A stretch of DNA of 64,000 nt from a virus: positions 1 through 64,000 of IMG/VR virus record IMGVR_UViG_3300025941_000001; one strand, written 5' to 3'. A model generated the notes under the pieces. That model was given only the letters and a program-made list of their open reading frames with translations, made no database searches and was not told where the DNA came from. Below are positions 9,099-16,884 of the stretch, one piece after another; the stretch's first letter is position 1, and the number at the start of each line of letters is the position of its first letter. The position numbers and the translations under genes are program-made.

Positions 9099-9174
9099 GT
9101 CGATGTAGCTCAGTGGTAGAGCAGTCCCCTCGTAACGGACAGGTCGAAGGTTCAATTCCATTCCATCGGCACCA
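9099..9174 (+). tRNA. tRNA-Thr(CGT), C31:C39 mismatch and bulged A in T-stem
   Basis: GTCGATG/CATCGGC-A-CCA; loop CTCGTAA; T-arm GAAGG-TTCAATT-CCATTC. Confidence 0.85.
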
Positions 9175-9180
9175 TTTCAC

Positions 9181-9258
9181 GACAGCGTAGCTCAGCCCGG
9201 TAGAGCGCCGGGCTCATAACCCGGATGTCATAGGTTCAAATCCTATCGTCTGTCACCA
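9181..9258 (+). tRNA. tRNA-Met(CAT), initiator-like GGG/CCC anticodon stem, bulged acceptor stem
   Basis: GACAGCG/CG(T)CTGTC-A-CCA; CCGGG-CTCATAA-CCCGG. Confidence 0.85.
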
Positions 9259-9260
9259 AT

Positions 9261-9337
9261 GCCCAGTGTAGCTCAGCGGGGAGAGCGCGCGACCGATAAT
9301 CGCGAGGTCGCCGGTTCGAACCCGGCCACTGGCACCA
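9261..9337 (+). tRNA. tRNA-Ile(GAT), C33 and extra C in 5' acceptor strand
   Basis: GCC(C)AGTG/CACTGGC-A-CCA; CGCGA-CCGATAA-TCGCG. Confidence 0.85.
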
Positions 9338-9342
9338 TTCCC

Positions 9343-9418
9343 GGGCCGCGTAGCTCAGCGGGAGAGCATCTGTTTTGCAAGCAGAGGGTCGTCGGTTCAA
9401 ATCCGACCCGGTCCACCA
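9343..9418 (+). tRNA. tRNA-Ala(TGC), G3:U70 retained, bulged C in acceptor stem
   Basis: GGGCCG(C)G/CCGGTCC-A-CCA; TCTGT-TTTGCAA-GCAGA. Confidence 0.88.
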
Positions 9419-9490
9419 TACTCTCGACATGGTCGAGTGCTAGATTGGTTTTCGTCGGAATAATCCGACACTGGAAAGGAAACTATCAAC

Positions 9491-9841
9491 ATGACACTCC
9501 CTGCAAATGTCTTGCGCGGCGCGGTTCCGTCCATTCCGACCTTCGAGATCACTGGCCTTGTAGGCTCCGGACCGAATAGGTTTGCTACATTCGATGGTGG
9601 TTTTAACGTCGGGTCTCCGGATGGAGATGTCGGTTTGGCGCTTGTATCAATCGCAATTTCCGGCTTCGTCTGGGCGAACGGAGATTTCCAACGAATGTTC
9701 TACTTCAACGGAGGCTCAAATCAGTCTCACGTGCCCGTCGTCAACACCTCGACGGACCCGGCCCTAGCGGGGGTCACTAGCATAACCATCACGCAATATA
9801 CCGCTGTGGCAGGCGTGGGGGACTTGACAACTCTCGTCTAG
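9491..9841 (+). CDS. Hypothetical beta-rich protein
   Basis: AAAGGA RBS; 116 aa ORF. Confidence 0.6.
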   Translation: MTLPANVLRGAVPSIPTFEITGLVGSGPNRFATFDGGFNVGSPDGDVGLALVSIAISGFVWANGDFQRMFYFNGGSNQSHVPVVNTSTDPALAGVTSITITQYTAVAGVGDLTTLV

Positions 9842-9857
9842 TATGAGACGACACTCG

Positions 9858-9952
9858 GACAGCGCTCGCACTGGCCTTCTTAAAGACCCACGGTGCGAGA
9901 CTAATCTTTGAGGGAGGTCCGTTATGAAGTAACCCCATCGCCGCTGTCACGC
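9858..9952 (+). ncRNA. Candidate small structured RNA (three-way junction with tRNA-acceptor-like closing stem)
   Basis: GACAGCG 9858-64/CGCTGTC 9942-48; CTCGCACTG/CGGTGCGAG; GTTAT/GTAAC; followed by a terminator. Confidence 0.4.
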
Positions 9953-9969
9953 ACGTTCGTCGTGCACAA

Positions 9970-10009
9970 CGCCGCCCCGGGCCGTAGGTCAGAGGCGGCG
10001 TTTTTATTT
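9970..10009 (+). terminator. Rho-independent terminator
   Basis: CGCCGCC...GGCGGCG followed by TTTTTATTT. Confidence 0.75.
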
Positions 10010-10079
10010 GTTAACCCTCTTGCAATCTCTCGCGGCATCATGTAGGCAACGGTCCTTGACATTCGCTCGGGAGCTTGCC

Positions 10080-10328
10080 ATGCGCCATCCGCCGATCATT
10101 CCTGCCCGTCATGCTCAGGGCCTCGCCGCGTATCGCGCAGGCCACTCCATCGCCGAGTTGATCGGGATCAACGAAGAGATCGACCGATTGCACGATCAGC
10201 CCGACCTCACGCACGAACAGCACAGCGAGATTGCGGCGGCCGGTCCCAGCCTCATCGCCGGTTTCGCTGATGGCTTGATCGAAGATATCCGTCTTCTCGC
10301 CGGAGCGCGACGCGGCCAGCGCGCGTAA
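10080..10328 (+). CDS. Hypothetical protein
   Basis: GGGAG RBS, ATG 10080. Confidence 0.65.
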   Translation: MRHPPIIPARHAQGLAAYRAGHSIAELIGINEEIDRLHDQPDLTHEQHSEIAAAGPSLIAGFADGLIEDIRLLAGARRGQRA

Positions 10329-10376
10329 GAAATTCGTCTCAAATTTCTGACAGTCCCCAGCCCAAAAGGATCACGC

Positions 10377-10868
10377 ATGTCAACTCCCAAAGAGAAACGC
10401 TACCTCGACCGTTTCGACAGCCCCGGCCGCAAACGCGTGCCGATGTTCTCCGGAGTGATGGCATACTTCCCCGACGCCATCGCCGCTCTCGCCGAGCACT
10501 CGTTCAACGGCAATGAGAAGCACAACCCGGGCGAACCGCTTCACCATGCGCGCGGCAAGAGCATGGATCACACGGACTGCATCATGCGCCATCTGGCCAA
10601 CTACGAAGGCATGGACGGCGAAGCTCTCGAAGCTGTCGCGCTGTTCTGGCGGGCCGGTGCGCTCTGTCAGGAAGTGTTGGAGCGCAAGTACGGACTGACG
10701 CTGCCCCGGGGTGTCGTTGACCCGCGTGCGTTCCCCGAAACCAATTCGCTCGTCGGACCGAACGGCGAGCAGGCACCACTTGAAGTACCCAAGGTCAGGG
10801 TCGTCAGCGGAACAAGTCGGCCGCTGATGCCGAACTCCGCCGAACGTCGGCACGAGAGCCAAGGCTGA
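10377..10868 (+). CDS. dATP/dGTP diphosphohydrolase (DUF5664-like) domain protein
   Basis: AIAALAEHSFNGNEKHNPGEPLHHARGKS.DH.DCIMRHL pattern. Confidence 0.75.
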   Translation: MSTPKEKRYLDRFDSPGRKRVPMFSGVMAYFPDAIAALAEHSFNGNEKHNPGEPLHHARGKSMDHTDCIMRHLANYEGMDGEALEAVALFWRAGALCQEVLERKYGLTLPRGVVDPRAFPETNSLVGPNGEQAPLEVPKVRVVSGTSRPLMPNSAERRHESQG

Positions 10869-10869
10869 G

Positions 10870-11307
10870 ATGGCGCGCGAGAGTTCGCTCTGGCAACGGT
10901 GCAAGACAGGCCTCAAGCATCTCAAAGCTTGCGGCCATGTCGTGCACTTCTGTCGGCTGGAGAACTCGGCGGGCGAAGGCAACCCGGATGTCGAAGGCGT
11001 CATCAACGGGGACCAATGCTGGATTGAATTGAAGTCGAATGACCGACCGGCGCGGCCGGGCACGATCATCCGGTCGAAGACGCGGGAGAGCCAATCGATC
11101 TGGCACCGCGAGCGCACGGAAGCGGGGAGCCGCATCCATTGGGTTCTGATACAGGTTGGCGAGGCACATGCTGCAAAACTCTACCTCATACCCGGCCAGA
11201 ACTACGACGACATCCTCGTCCCCGAGGCGGAGCTTGCGCGGCTATCCCTCGTCTCGCCCGACGCCACGCTCGCCGAAGTGCTCTTACGAGCATGTGAGGG
11301 CTGGTAA
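10870..11307 (+). CDS. PD-(D/E)XK nuclease, VRR-NUC/Holliday junction resolvase-like
   Basis: E-S-x-L-W, RLEN...GNPDV...WIELK. Confidence 0.85.
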   Translation: MARESSLWQRCKTGLKHLKACGHVVHFCRLENSAGEGNPDVEGVINGDQCWIELKSNDRPARPGTIIRSKTRESQSIWHRERTEAGSRIHWVLIQVGEAHAAKLYLIPGQNYDDILVPEAELARLSLVSPDATLAEVLLRACEGW

Positions 11308-11308
11308 G

Positions 11309-11710
11309 ATGCTTTCAAGGACACCACGGATGACGATCAAGCGGTTCGCGCACGACTACTTCATGCGCGTCAGCTTCGTTGACATCTATGGCCGCAACAT
11401 CGGTTACGACTACGACTTCATCCTCGCCGAGATCAGGGCCACGTTTCCGGGCGCACGAACATCCCGGCGGTGGCTCCAAGATATGGCTTACGTCCTCAAT
11501 CGCAGCGCGAAGCTCCCTGTCCGTCGCCGCTCGCGTCGTGCCCTGTCCGAGGACTACGCGATGGCATTGCTTCTGCGGCCCATCCAATACGGGTCGATCT
11601 GCAACGCGGTCCGCAACAAATTCCCCGACCACATTCAAACACTGAAATCGCTCCGGTCTCTTGAGGGTCGTCTCAAGAACCGGGGCTTTGTTGTTCCCGA
11701 GCGCAAATGA
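11309..11710 (+). CDS. Hypothetical basic protein
   Basis: Fills the gap between coupled ORFs. Confidence 0.6.
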   Translation: MLSRTPRMTIKRFAHDYFMRVSFVDIYGRNIGYDYDFILAEIRATFPGARTSRRWLQDMAYVLNRSAKLPVRRRSRRALSEDYAMALLLRPIQYGSICNAVRNKFPDHIQTLKSLRSLEGRLKNRGFVVPERK

Positions 11711-12099
11711 CATCGCTGGAGGCAAAGAGGCACGCGCGCTACAACCGATCTCCGAAGGGCAGGGAGCGTCGGCGCAAGTATCAAAGATCGCCCAAGTACC
11801 TCGACCGAAAACGTACCTATCAATCTTCGCCGAAGGGGCGAGCAACAGACAGGGAATATCGCACATGGTATCGAAAACAAAAACGGACGCCGAACGTCTC
11901 GCTGACGCCAACGACATCATCCGAGCCAAGCAAAACCAAATCAAAGCGCTCGAAAAAGAACTGCGCAATCGCGCAGCCGTCAACGACACGGCAGAGAGCC
12001 TCCGGGAAAGCATCTTCGGCCTCGATGCCTACACGCCCGAGCCGCCGAAGTGGCTCGTCGAGCCGCACAAGAAAGGCTCCATCACGGGCGTCCCGCTGA
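11707..12099 (+). CDS. Basic protein with Y-x-x-S-P-K repeats (3' half overlaps the next gene in another frame)
   Basis: RYNRSPKGR / KYQRSPKYL / TYQSSPKGR; ATGA coupling at 11707. Confidence 0.5.
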   Translation: MTSLEAKRHARYNRSPKGRERRRKYQRSPKYLDRKRTYQSSPKGRATDREYRTWYRKQKRTPNVSLTPTTSSEPSKTKSKRSKKNCAIAQPSTTRQRASGKASSASMPTRPSRRSGSSSRTRKAPSRASR

Positions 12100-12995
12100 T
12101 CCTCGCGTCGGACTGGCACTGGGGCGAGACCGTGGACCCCGATCAGGTTGGCGGCATGAACGCCTTCAACCGAGCCATCGCCAAGAAGCGCGTGGACATC
12201 TTCGGCAAGGCCGTGATCGATCTGTGCTTCAACCACATGACCTCGCCGACGTATCCGGGCGTCGTCTTCTGTGTCGGCGGTGACATGATCACGGGCGGCA
12301 TCCATGAGGACCTCCGGGAGACGAACGACGGTCCGGTGACGCTGTCCGTGATGGAGGTGCAAGAGAACCTCATCGGCTTCATCACGATGCTGGCCGACAG
12401 GTTCGGCAAGGTGTTCGTGCCGTGCGTGCCGGGCAATCACGGACGCACGACGCTCAAGCCTCGTGCGAAGAACCGCGTCTTCGACAGTTGGGAGTGGGTC
12501 ATCTATCAGAACCTTGAGAAGTGGTTCTCGAAGGACCCGCGCGTCACTATCCACGTCCCCAACGAGGTGGACGCCCACTTCGCGATCTATGGACACCGCT
12601 TCATGCTCACGCACGGGGACACGCTGGGCGTGAAGGGCGGCGACGGCATCATCGGTGCGCTCGGCCCCATCGCACGCGGCGCGATCAAGGTCGGCCGTTC
12701 CGAGGCGCAGTGCGGCCGAGACTTCGACACGCTGCTCATCGGGCACTATCACACGTATATCCCCCGGGGTGACGCTGTGCCGGTGCTGGCGAACGGCTCA
12801 CTCATCGGTTACAACGAGTACGCCCGGCTGTTGCTCCGTGCGGGGCCGACGCGTCCGACGCAAGCATTGGCTTTCATCCATCCCCGACGCGGGATCACGG
12901 CTCAGTGGCCGATCTATCTCGACGGCGACGAGCGCCGCAAGCCGGGCTCGACCGCGTGGTGCTCGTGGGATACGAACACTCCAAAAATCGTTTGA
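11865..12995 (+). CDS. Calcineurin-like metallophosphoesterase with N-terminal coiled coil
   Basis: SDWHWGE, GGDMITG, PGNHGR, THGD, GHYH. Confidence 0.9.
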   Translation: MVSKTKTDAERLADANDIIRAKQNQIKALEKELRNRAAVNDTAESLRESIFGLDAYTPEPPKWLVEPHKKGSITGVPLILASDWHWGETVDPDQVGGMNAFNRAIAKKRVDIFGKAVIDLCFNHMTSPTYPGVVFCVGGDMITGGIHEDLRETNDGPVTLSVMEVQENLIGFITMLADRFGKVFVPCVPGNHGRTTLKPRAKNRVFDSWEWVIYQNLEKWFSKDPRVTIHVPNEVDAHFAIYGHRFMLTHGDTLGVKGGDGIIGALGPIARGAIKVGRSEAQCGRDFDTLLIGHYHTYIPRGDAVPVLANGSLIGYNEYARLLLRAGPTRPTQALAFIHPRRGITAQWPIYLDGDERRKPGSTAWCSWDTNTPKIV

Positions 12996-13020
12996 CAAAC
13001 GCGCGGGCCGGGGCTACCAA
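12992..13020 (+). promoter_or_regulatory. sigma70-type promoter
   Basis: TTGACA-N17-TACCAA. Confidence 0.55.
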
Positions 13021-13051
13021 GCTCCGGCCCTTTTCATTGGAGGCAGTCCGT

Positions 13052-13180
13052 ATGAACATCTTTGATCCTCTGCTCGCGCCGTTCATCCTCTTGATGGTCG
13101 TCGTCTCGCAACCCATCGTCTACATCCCGCTCGGTGCGTTCGGCGCGTACTGGCTCGCCAAGAACTGGCGCAAGCTGTGA
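13052..13180 (+). CDS. Small membrane protein
   Basis: GGAGG RBS; hydrophobic 42 aa. Confidence 0.65.
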   Translation: MNIFDPLLAPFILLMVVVSQPIVYIPLGAFGAYWLAKNWRKL

Positions 13181-13311
13181 AGTTCGTTCTCCCATCGGTC
13201 ATGATCGCGCTCTCGCTCGGCTCCGCCGGGGTATACGCGTTCGAAGGGGATTGGCGTCGAGTGGTCTATTGGGCCGCTGCATCCGCGCTGACCGCGTCAG
13301 TGACGTTCTAG
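13177..13311 (+). CDS. Small membrane protein (not in ORF track): MKFVLPSVMIALSLGSAGVYAFEGDWRRVVYWAAASALTASVTF
   Basis: GTGA coupling; two hydrophobic segments. Confidence 0.6.
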   Translation: MKFVLPSVMIALSLGSAGVYAFEGDWRRVVYWAAASALTASVTF

Positions 13312-13320
13312 GAGGGTTAT

Positions 13321-13590
13321 ATGGACGACGCCCAGATTAAGCGTATGGTGAACCGCTTTCTCGTTTGGAGGCTCCCGGAAGATTTCAGCCCGGACGGCGG
13401 CATCAGCTTCAAGAAGACTTTCAATGATCACACAGCGCATCCGATGAAGCACGAGCCGACCGGAACGAACCTGTTCGATGCTCGACAGGCCGAAGCCATG
13501 GTGCGCTACATGATCGAAGGTGAGTTCATGGAGCCCGATCAATTCGGCGGCTTCCAACGGTCCCCGAGGTATCGCCATGCAGATAAGTGA
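13321..13590 (+). CDS. Hypothetical protein
   Basis: GGAGG RBS; MVNRFL.W.LP.DF.PD.GISF. Confidence 0.75.
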   Translation: MDDAQIKRMVNRFLVWRLPEDFSPDGGISFKKTFNDHTAHPMKHEPTGTNLFDARQAEAMVRYMIEGEFMEPDQFGGFQRSPRYRHADK

Positions 13591-14047
13591 GCCCTACGTC
13601 CACATCCGCAAGCCGCATTATCACGAGATGGCGCAGTGCTGCAAACTAGCGCGCGACAACTGGGGCAACGAAGCGGCCGACCGCTGTCGCGAGCAATTCA
13701 TCGAACATTGGAAAGGCGGTCGGTACGCGCCGACCTTTGTCGTCGCGGTCACCGCCGCTGACGACGGGCCAATCCTCGGCTTCGCCGCCTATCATCGCAC
13801 GATGCTGATGAAGGGCGCGTTCGATCTGATCTGGGTCGCGGTAGACCCGGAGTACCAAGGCTCGAATGTCGGCCGTGCGCTGACCAATTCTCGCTTGACC
13901 GCCATCGACGAGGACGGCGGCCAGATGATCCAGCTTGTGACCCAGAAGCCGGACTACTTCGCGAAGTTCGGGTTCTTCAAGCTCCATCATCTGGGCAACG
14001 AATGGTATCTGATGATTAAGCTTCTCACGAACGCCGTGGAGATGTAA
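13577..14047 (+). CDS. GNAT-family acetyltransferase
   Basis: VAVDPEYQGSNVGRAL (acetyl-CoA loop), YFAKFGF. Confidence 0.85.
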   Translation: MQISEPYVHIRKPHYHEMAQCCKLARDNWGNEAADRCREQFIEHWKGGRYAPTFVVAVTAADDGPILGFAAYHRTMLMKGAFDLIWVAVDPEYQGSNVGRALTNSRLTAIDEDGGQMIQLVTQKPDYFAKFGFFKLHHLGNEWYLMIKLLTNAVEM

Positions 14048-14048
14048 C

Positions 14049-14234
14049 GTGACTACGAACGTCAAGATCGTCGCGGACGCGGAGCCGAACGCTGACGGTG
14101 AATGGATCAACGTCCCTGCCAGCGTGCCGGTCGAGTTCGGGAGTAGCTGGATCAAGTCGGCGGAGTTTCTGACGCCGTTCATTCCCGAGGGCTTTCATAT
14201 CGTCGCGCTCGGCGGACGAACGGTGGACATTTGA
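14049..14234 (+). CDS. Hypothetical protein
   Basis: Tightly packed ORF. Confidence 0.6.
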   Translation: MTTNVKIVADAEPNADGEWINVPASVPVEFGSSWIKSAEFLTPFIPEGFHIVALGGRTVDI

Positions 14235-14235
14235 C

Positions 14236-14577
14236 ATGGCTGGAAAACCGGCGAGAGGGTTATCGCGTATGCCGACGTATGAAGGTGGCTTCGACCCCAA
14301 CGGCGATCTCGTGCAATGGCAGATGGACATCGAAACGTTCGATCAAGACCTTCGGATGATCAATGGCGAGGTAAGGACGATCCGCACGCGACAGCCCGAG
14401 GCGACGCTGACCCTGTACTCAGTCAACAGGGAAGAGAGCATCGCCGTCATCGGGCTGCTCAATCAGATGCGCGCCAACGGCACCAAGGACGATGACGGGC
14501 TCGTCGGTCAGCCGAGCACGGAAGAGGCGCGAACGCCGTCAATCGGCGACAGGTTCGGTGGACTGGAATTTGACTGA
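14236..14577 (+). CDS. Hypothetical protein ending RFGGLEFD
   Basis: ORF; start may be 14269. Confidence 0.6.
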   Translation: MAGKPARGLSRMPTYEGGFDPNGDLVQWQMDIETFDQDLRMINGEVRTIRTRQPEATLTLYSVNREESIAVIGLLNQMRANGTKDDDGLVGQPSTEEARTPSIGDRFGGLEFD

Positions 14578-14825
14578 GGATCACAAAGTCGTCAGCCGAA
14601 AATCATAGCGGTTGGCGAATGTGATCTGATCGATCTACACACGTCCGCCCCTACGTTTCCCGTGGCAAGCAAAATCTTTTCTTGATACAAACCGCTGATA
14701 CTACTGCGGCGACGATCAGCATTTTGTATCATTCGTCGATTTGACGACGGGTCGATATGCTAGTATGTCTCACGCGCTCGGGAATGGTCCCGGGAGCGGG
14801 CTGTTTGAAATTGTGGAGACTACTG

Positions 14826-15392
14826 ATGAGAGAACGTGACACTCAACGTGCGCGCGTCTACAAGTGCGATGCTGCCGTCAACAACCTCGCGAAGCCCCTG
14901 CCCTCGGTCAGGGATGTCGAGCGGTTCGTCAAGAAGGTCTTCGCCTCGAAGCGCGTGCAGGCTGCGTATCCGAAAGCCATGAGATGGACGTTGCCCCGCG
15001 TGGGCGACGGTCGCGGTCGGCGCAATGCGTGCGGCTGGCAGGGCGGGATCAAAATCCCGCTCTGGGCTCGGAACGAGGGCGTCGTCCTCCACGAACTGGC
15101 GCACACGATCTGTATGCGCGAGGGCGGGAACGAAGCCTTCCACGGCTGGCAGTTTTGTTCGATCTATCTGCGGCTCGTGCTCTACATGATGGGGCGCGAG
15201 GCGCACGACGCATTGAAGGCTGCCTTCAAAGTGAACCGGGTCCGGTTCACCAAGCCCCGGGCCTCGAAGCCGCTCGACCCGGTCCGCCGGGCTGCCATGA
15301 TCGCCCGGCTGGCCGAGTTCCGGGCCTCCCGGAGTTCATCCCGGATAGACCAAGGGGTGGCCGGGCGATTTGGCGGGCTGGAACTGACCTAA
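14826..15392 (+). CDS. SprT-like zinc metallopeptidase/hydrolase ending RFGGLELT
   Basis: RDTQRARVY, VVLHELAH, HGWQF; GGAG RBS; promoter TTGACG-N17-TATGTC at ~14740. Confidence 0.8.
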   Translation: MRERDTQRARVYKCDAAVNNLAKPLPSVRDVERFVKKVFASKRVQAAYPKAMRWTLPRVGDGRGRRNACGWQGGIKIPLWARNEGVVLHELAHTICMREGGNEAFHGWQFCSIYLRLVLYMMGREAHDALKAAFKVNRVRFTKPRASKPLDPVRRAAMIARLAEFRASRSSSRIDQGVAGRFGGLELT

Positions 15393-15434
15393 AAACGACG
15401 GCCCCGGGGGTGTTCCCTCCGGGGCCGCTTCTTT
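15391..15434. terminator. Bidirectional terminator between early (+) and late (-) blocks
   Basis: AAAAA..CGGCCCCGG..CCGGGGCCG..TTCTTT. Confidence 0.75.
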
Positions 15435-15528
15435 GTGGCCACGCCGGGCCAGCCGTAGGCAGGGATGAGGCGGCGGCCGGAGCCGGTGCTTGGACGCCCG
15501 GGAGCCGGGAGGCCTCTCTACGGGCTCC

Positions 15529-16008
15529 CTAGCGGATGATCACGTCGGCGTTTTTCCGGACCGTGGTGTAGGTATGCCCTTCCGGGCAGAGATCGACGAC
15601 CTCGGATGCATACTTGTACTCGCCCGGGGCGACGCTGGCCGGGACGTACCGGGGCGAGGCGGGAAGCTCGAAGGTGCCGATCTGGGCGGGCGGCTGCTTG
15701 ATAGGCTCAATGATCCGGACGATCTCGACGCCGTCCCCAGCCCGGATGAGAGACCATCGGACCTCGTAGGGGCAGAGCCGGTTGAGCGTGACGTTGATGT
15801 GGGCGGTGAACGGTTTCCCGGCCAGCAAGATCGACGGCTCGACCGTGATGCTGTTGACCACGCGCGGCGGTAGCTCGGCGTCTCGGGTCGAGAACAGGTT
15901 GTAGGAGAACCACGCCGCTGCGCTGAGCAGCGCTGCGCCGGAGACGACATTGAGGATCAGCGTTCCCCACGTGCCGGTGTTGTAGAACTTGGCGAACGGA
16001 TCAGCCAT
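15529..16008 (-). CDS. Membrane-anchored hypothetical protein, end of lysis cassette
   Basis: N-terminal TM segment then beta-rich periplasmic domain with two Cys. Confidence 0.7.
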   Translation of the reverse strand: MADPFAKFYNTGTWGTLILNVVSGAALLSAAAWFSYNLFSTRDAELPPRVVNSITVEPSILLAGKPFTAHINVTLNRLCPYEVRWSLIRAGDGVEIVRIIEPIKQPPAQIGTFELPASPRYVPASVAPGEYKYASEVVDLCPEGHTYTTVRKNADVIIR

Positions 16009-16214
16009 TAGGCGTGCCCTTTGAAAATCAGGTTGGTCGCCCAGCCGATGAAGCCGCCGAGCATGATCAGAATGGTGGTTGCGCCTTTCCAGCGGTTCGT
16101 CATAGCAACGACCGCGTCGAGCTTCTTCTCCATTTCGTCTTGCTTCTTCATGATGGCTTCGATGTTCGCGCTCATCGTGCCGATCAATCGCTGGGTCTCT
16201 GCATCGCCACTCAT
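16008..16214 (-). CDS. Coiled-coil plus C-terminal TM protein (XhlA/holin-accessory-like)
   Basis: IEAIMKKQDEMEKKLD...TTILIMLGGFIGW. Confidence 0.65.
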   Translation of the reverse strand: MSGDAETQRLIGTMSANIEAIMKKQDEMEKKLDAVVAMTNRWKGATTILIMLGGFIGWATNLIFKGHA

Positions 16215-16423
16215 TTCCCATCCCCCTCTGCCGCGAGCTTGTCCAAACAGACGAGAACGCGGTGTTGCTGCTTGACGGGGAATTGGGCGACCCAGTCGTC
16301 CCGCTTCACCGAACTATCATAGCCTTTGGTGAACCGCTCGCACGTCGAGTGCTTCGTCATGCTCCGATGTGGGGGCTGACAGAAGATAAACAAAAAGCAC
16401 GCGGCAAGAGCGATCAGTTTCAT
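16211..16423 (-). CDS. Small secreted/lipoprotein-like protein
   Basis: Signal-like MKLIALAACFLFIFC; ATGA overlaps both neighbours. Confidence 0.55.
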   Translation of the reverse strand: MKLIALAACFLFIFCQPPHRSMTKHSTCERFTKGYDSSVKRDDWVAQFPVKQQHRVLVCLDKLAAEGDGK

Positions 16424-16878
16424 TTGCTTCCGTTCTTAACGATGCGCGTCACGCCGACTGTCACTTCGCTGACGAAGTAGAAGCCGAGGACGATGGTGAT
16501 GACGGTCCACAAATTGGCGTCAAGCGTGTCAGTGGTGAAGATGCCACACGTTCCCTTGGGGGCCTGAGAGCAACCGACCAAAGAGCCGATGACCTTGTCC
16601 CAGAGGAACAGCTTGAGGATAACGCTCGCGGGGCCGACTGCGATGGCGGTCCGCATGAACAAATTTAAGCGAGAACCGGAACCGGCCTCGGCGATCAGGA
16701 CATCCCGGCGGGCCTGCAACGTCGAGACGCGCTCGTCCGCGATGATCTTCTCTTGCGCCGTGGTCGCGTTGATCTGTGCGATCTTCGCGTCGGCCAGCGC
16801 CTTGGTGATACCGTTGATCGTGCCGAACGCGCCGGAGATCAGGCCGGGCAATCCCAAGAGGGCGGTGAGGATACCCAT
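16420..16878 (-). CDS. Putative holin / lysis membrane protein
   Basis: Several hydrophobic segments; ends VITIVLGFYF; in lysis cassette. Confidence 0.65.
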   Translation of the reverse strand: MGILTALLGLPGLISGAFGTINGITKALADAKIAQINATTAQEKIIADERVSTLQARRDVLIAEAGSGSRLNLFMRTAIAVGPASVILKLFLWDKVIGSLVGCSQAPKGTCGIFTTDTLDANLWTVITIVLGFYFVSEVTVGVTRIVKNGSK

Positions 16879-16884
16879 GATGCG

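Noticed and set aside
8783-9579. ORFs overlapping the tRNA cluster
   Set aside because: They are translations of tRNA sequence
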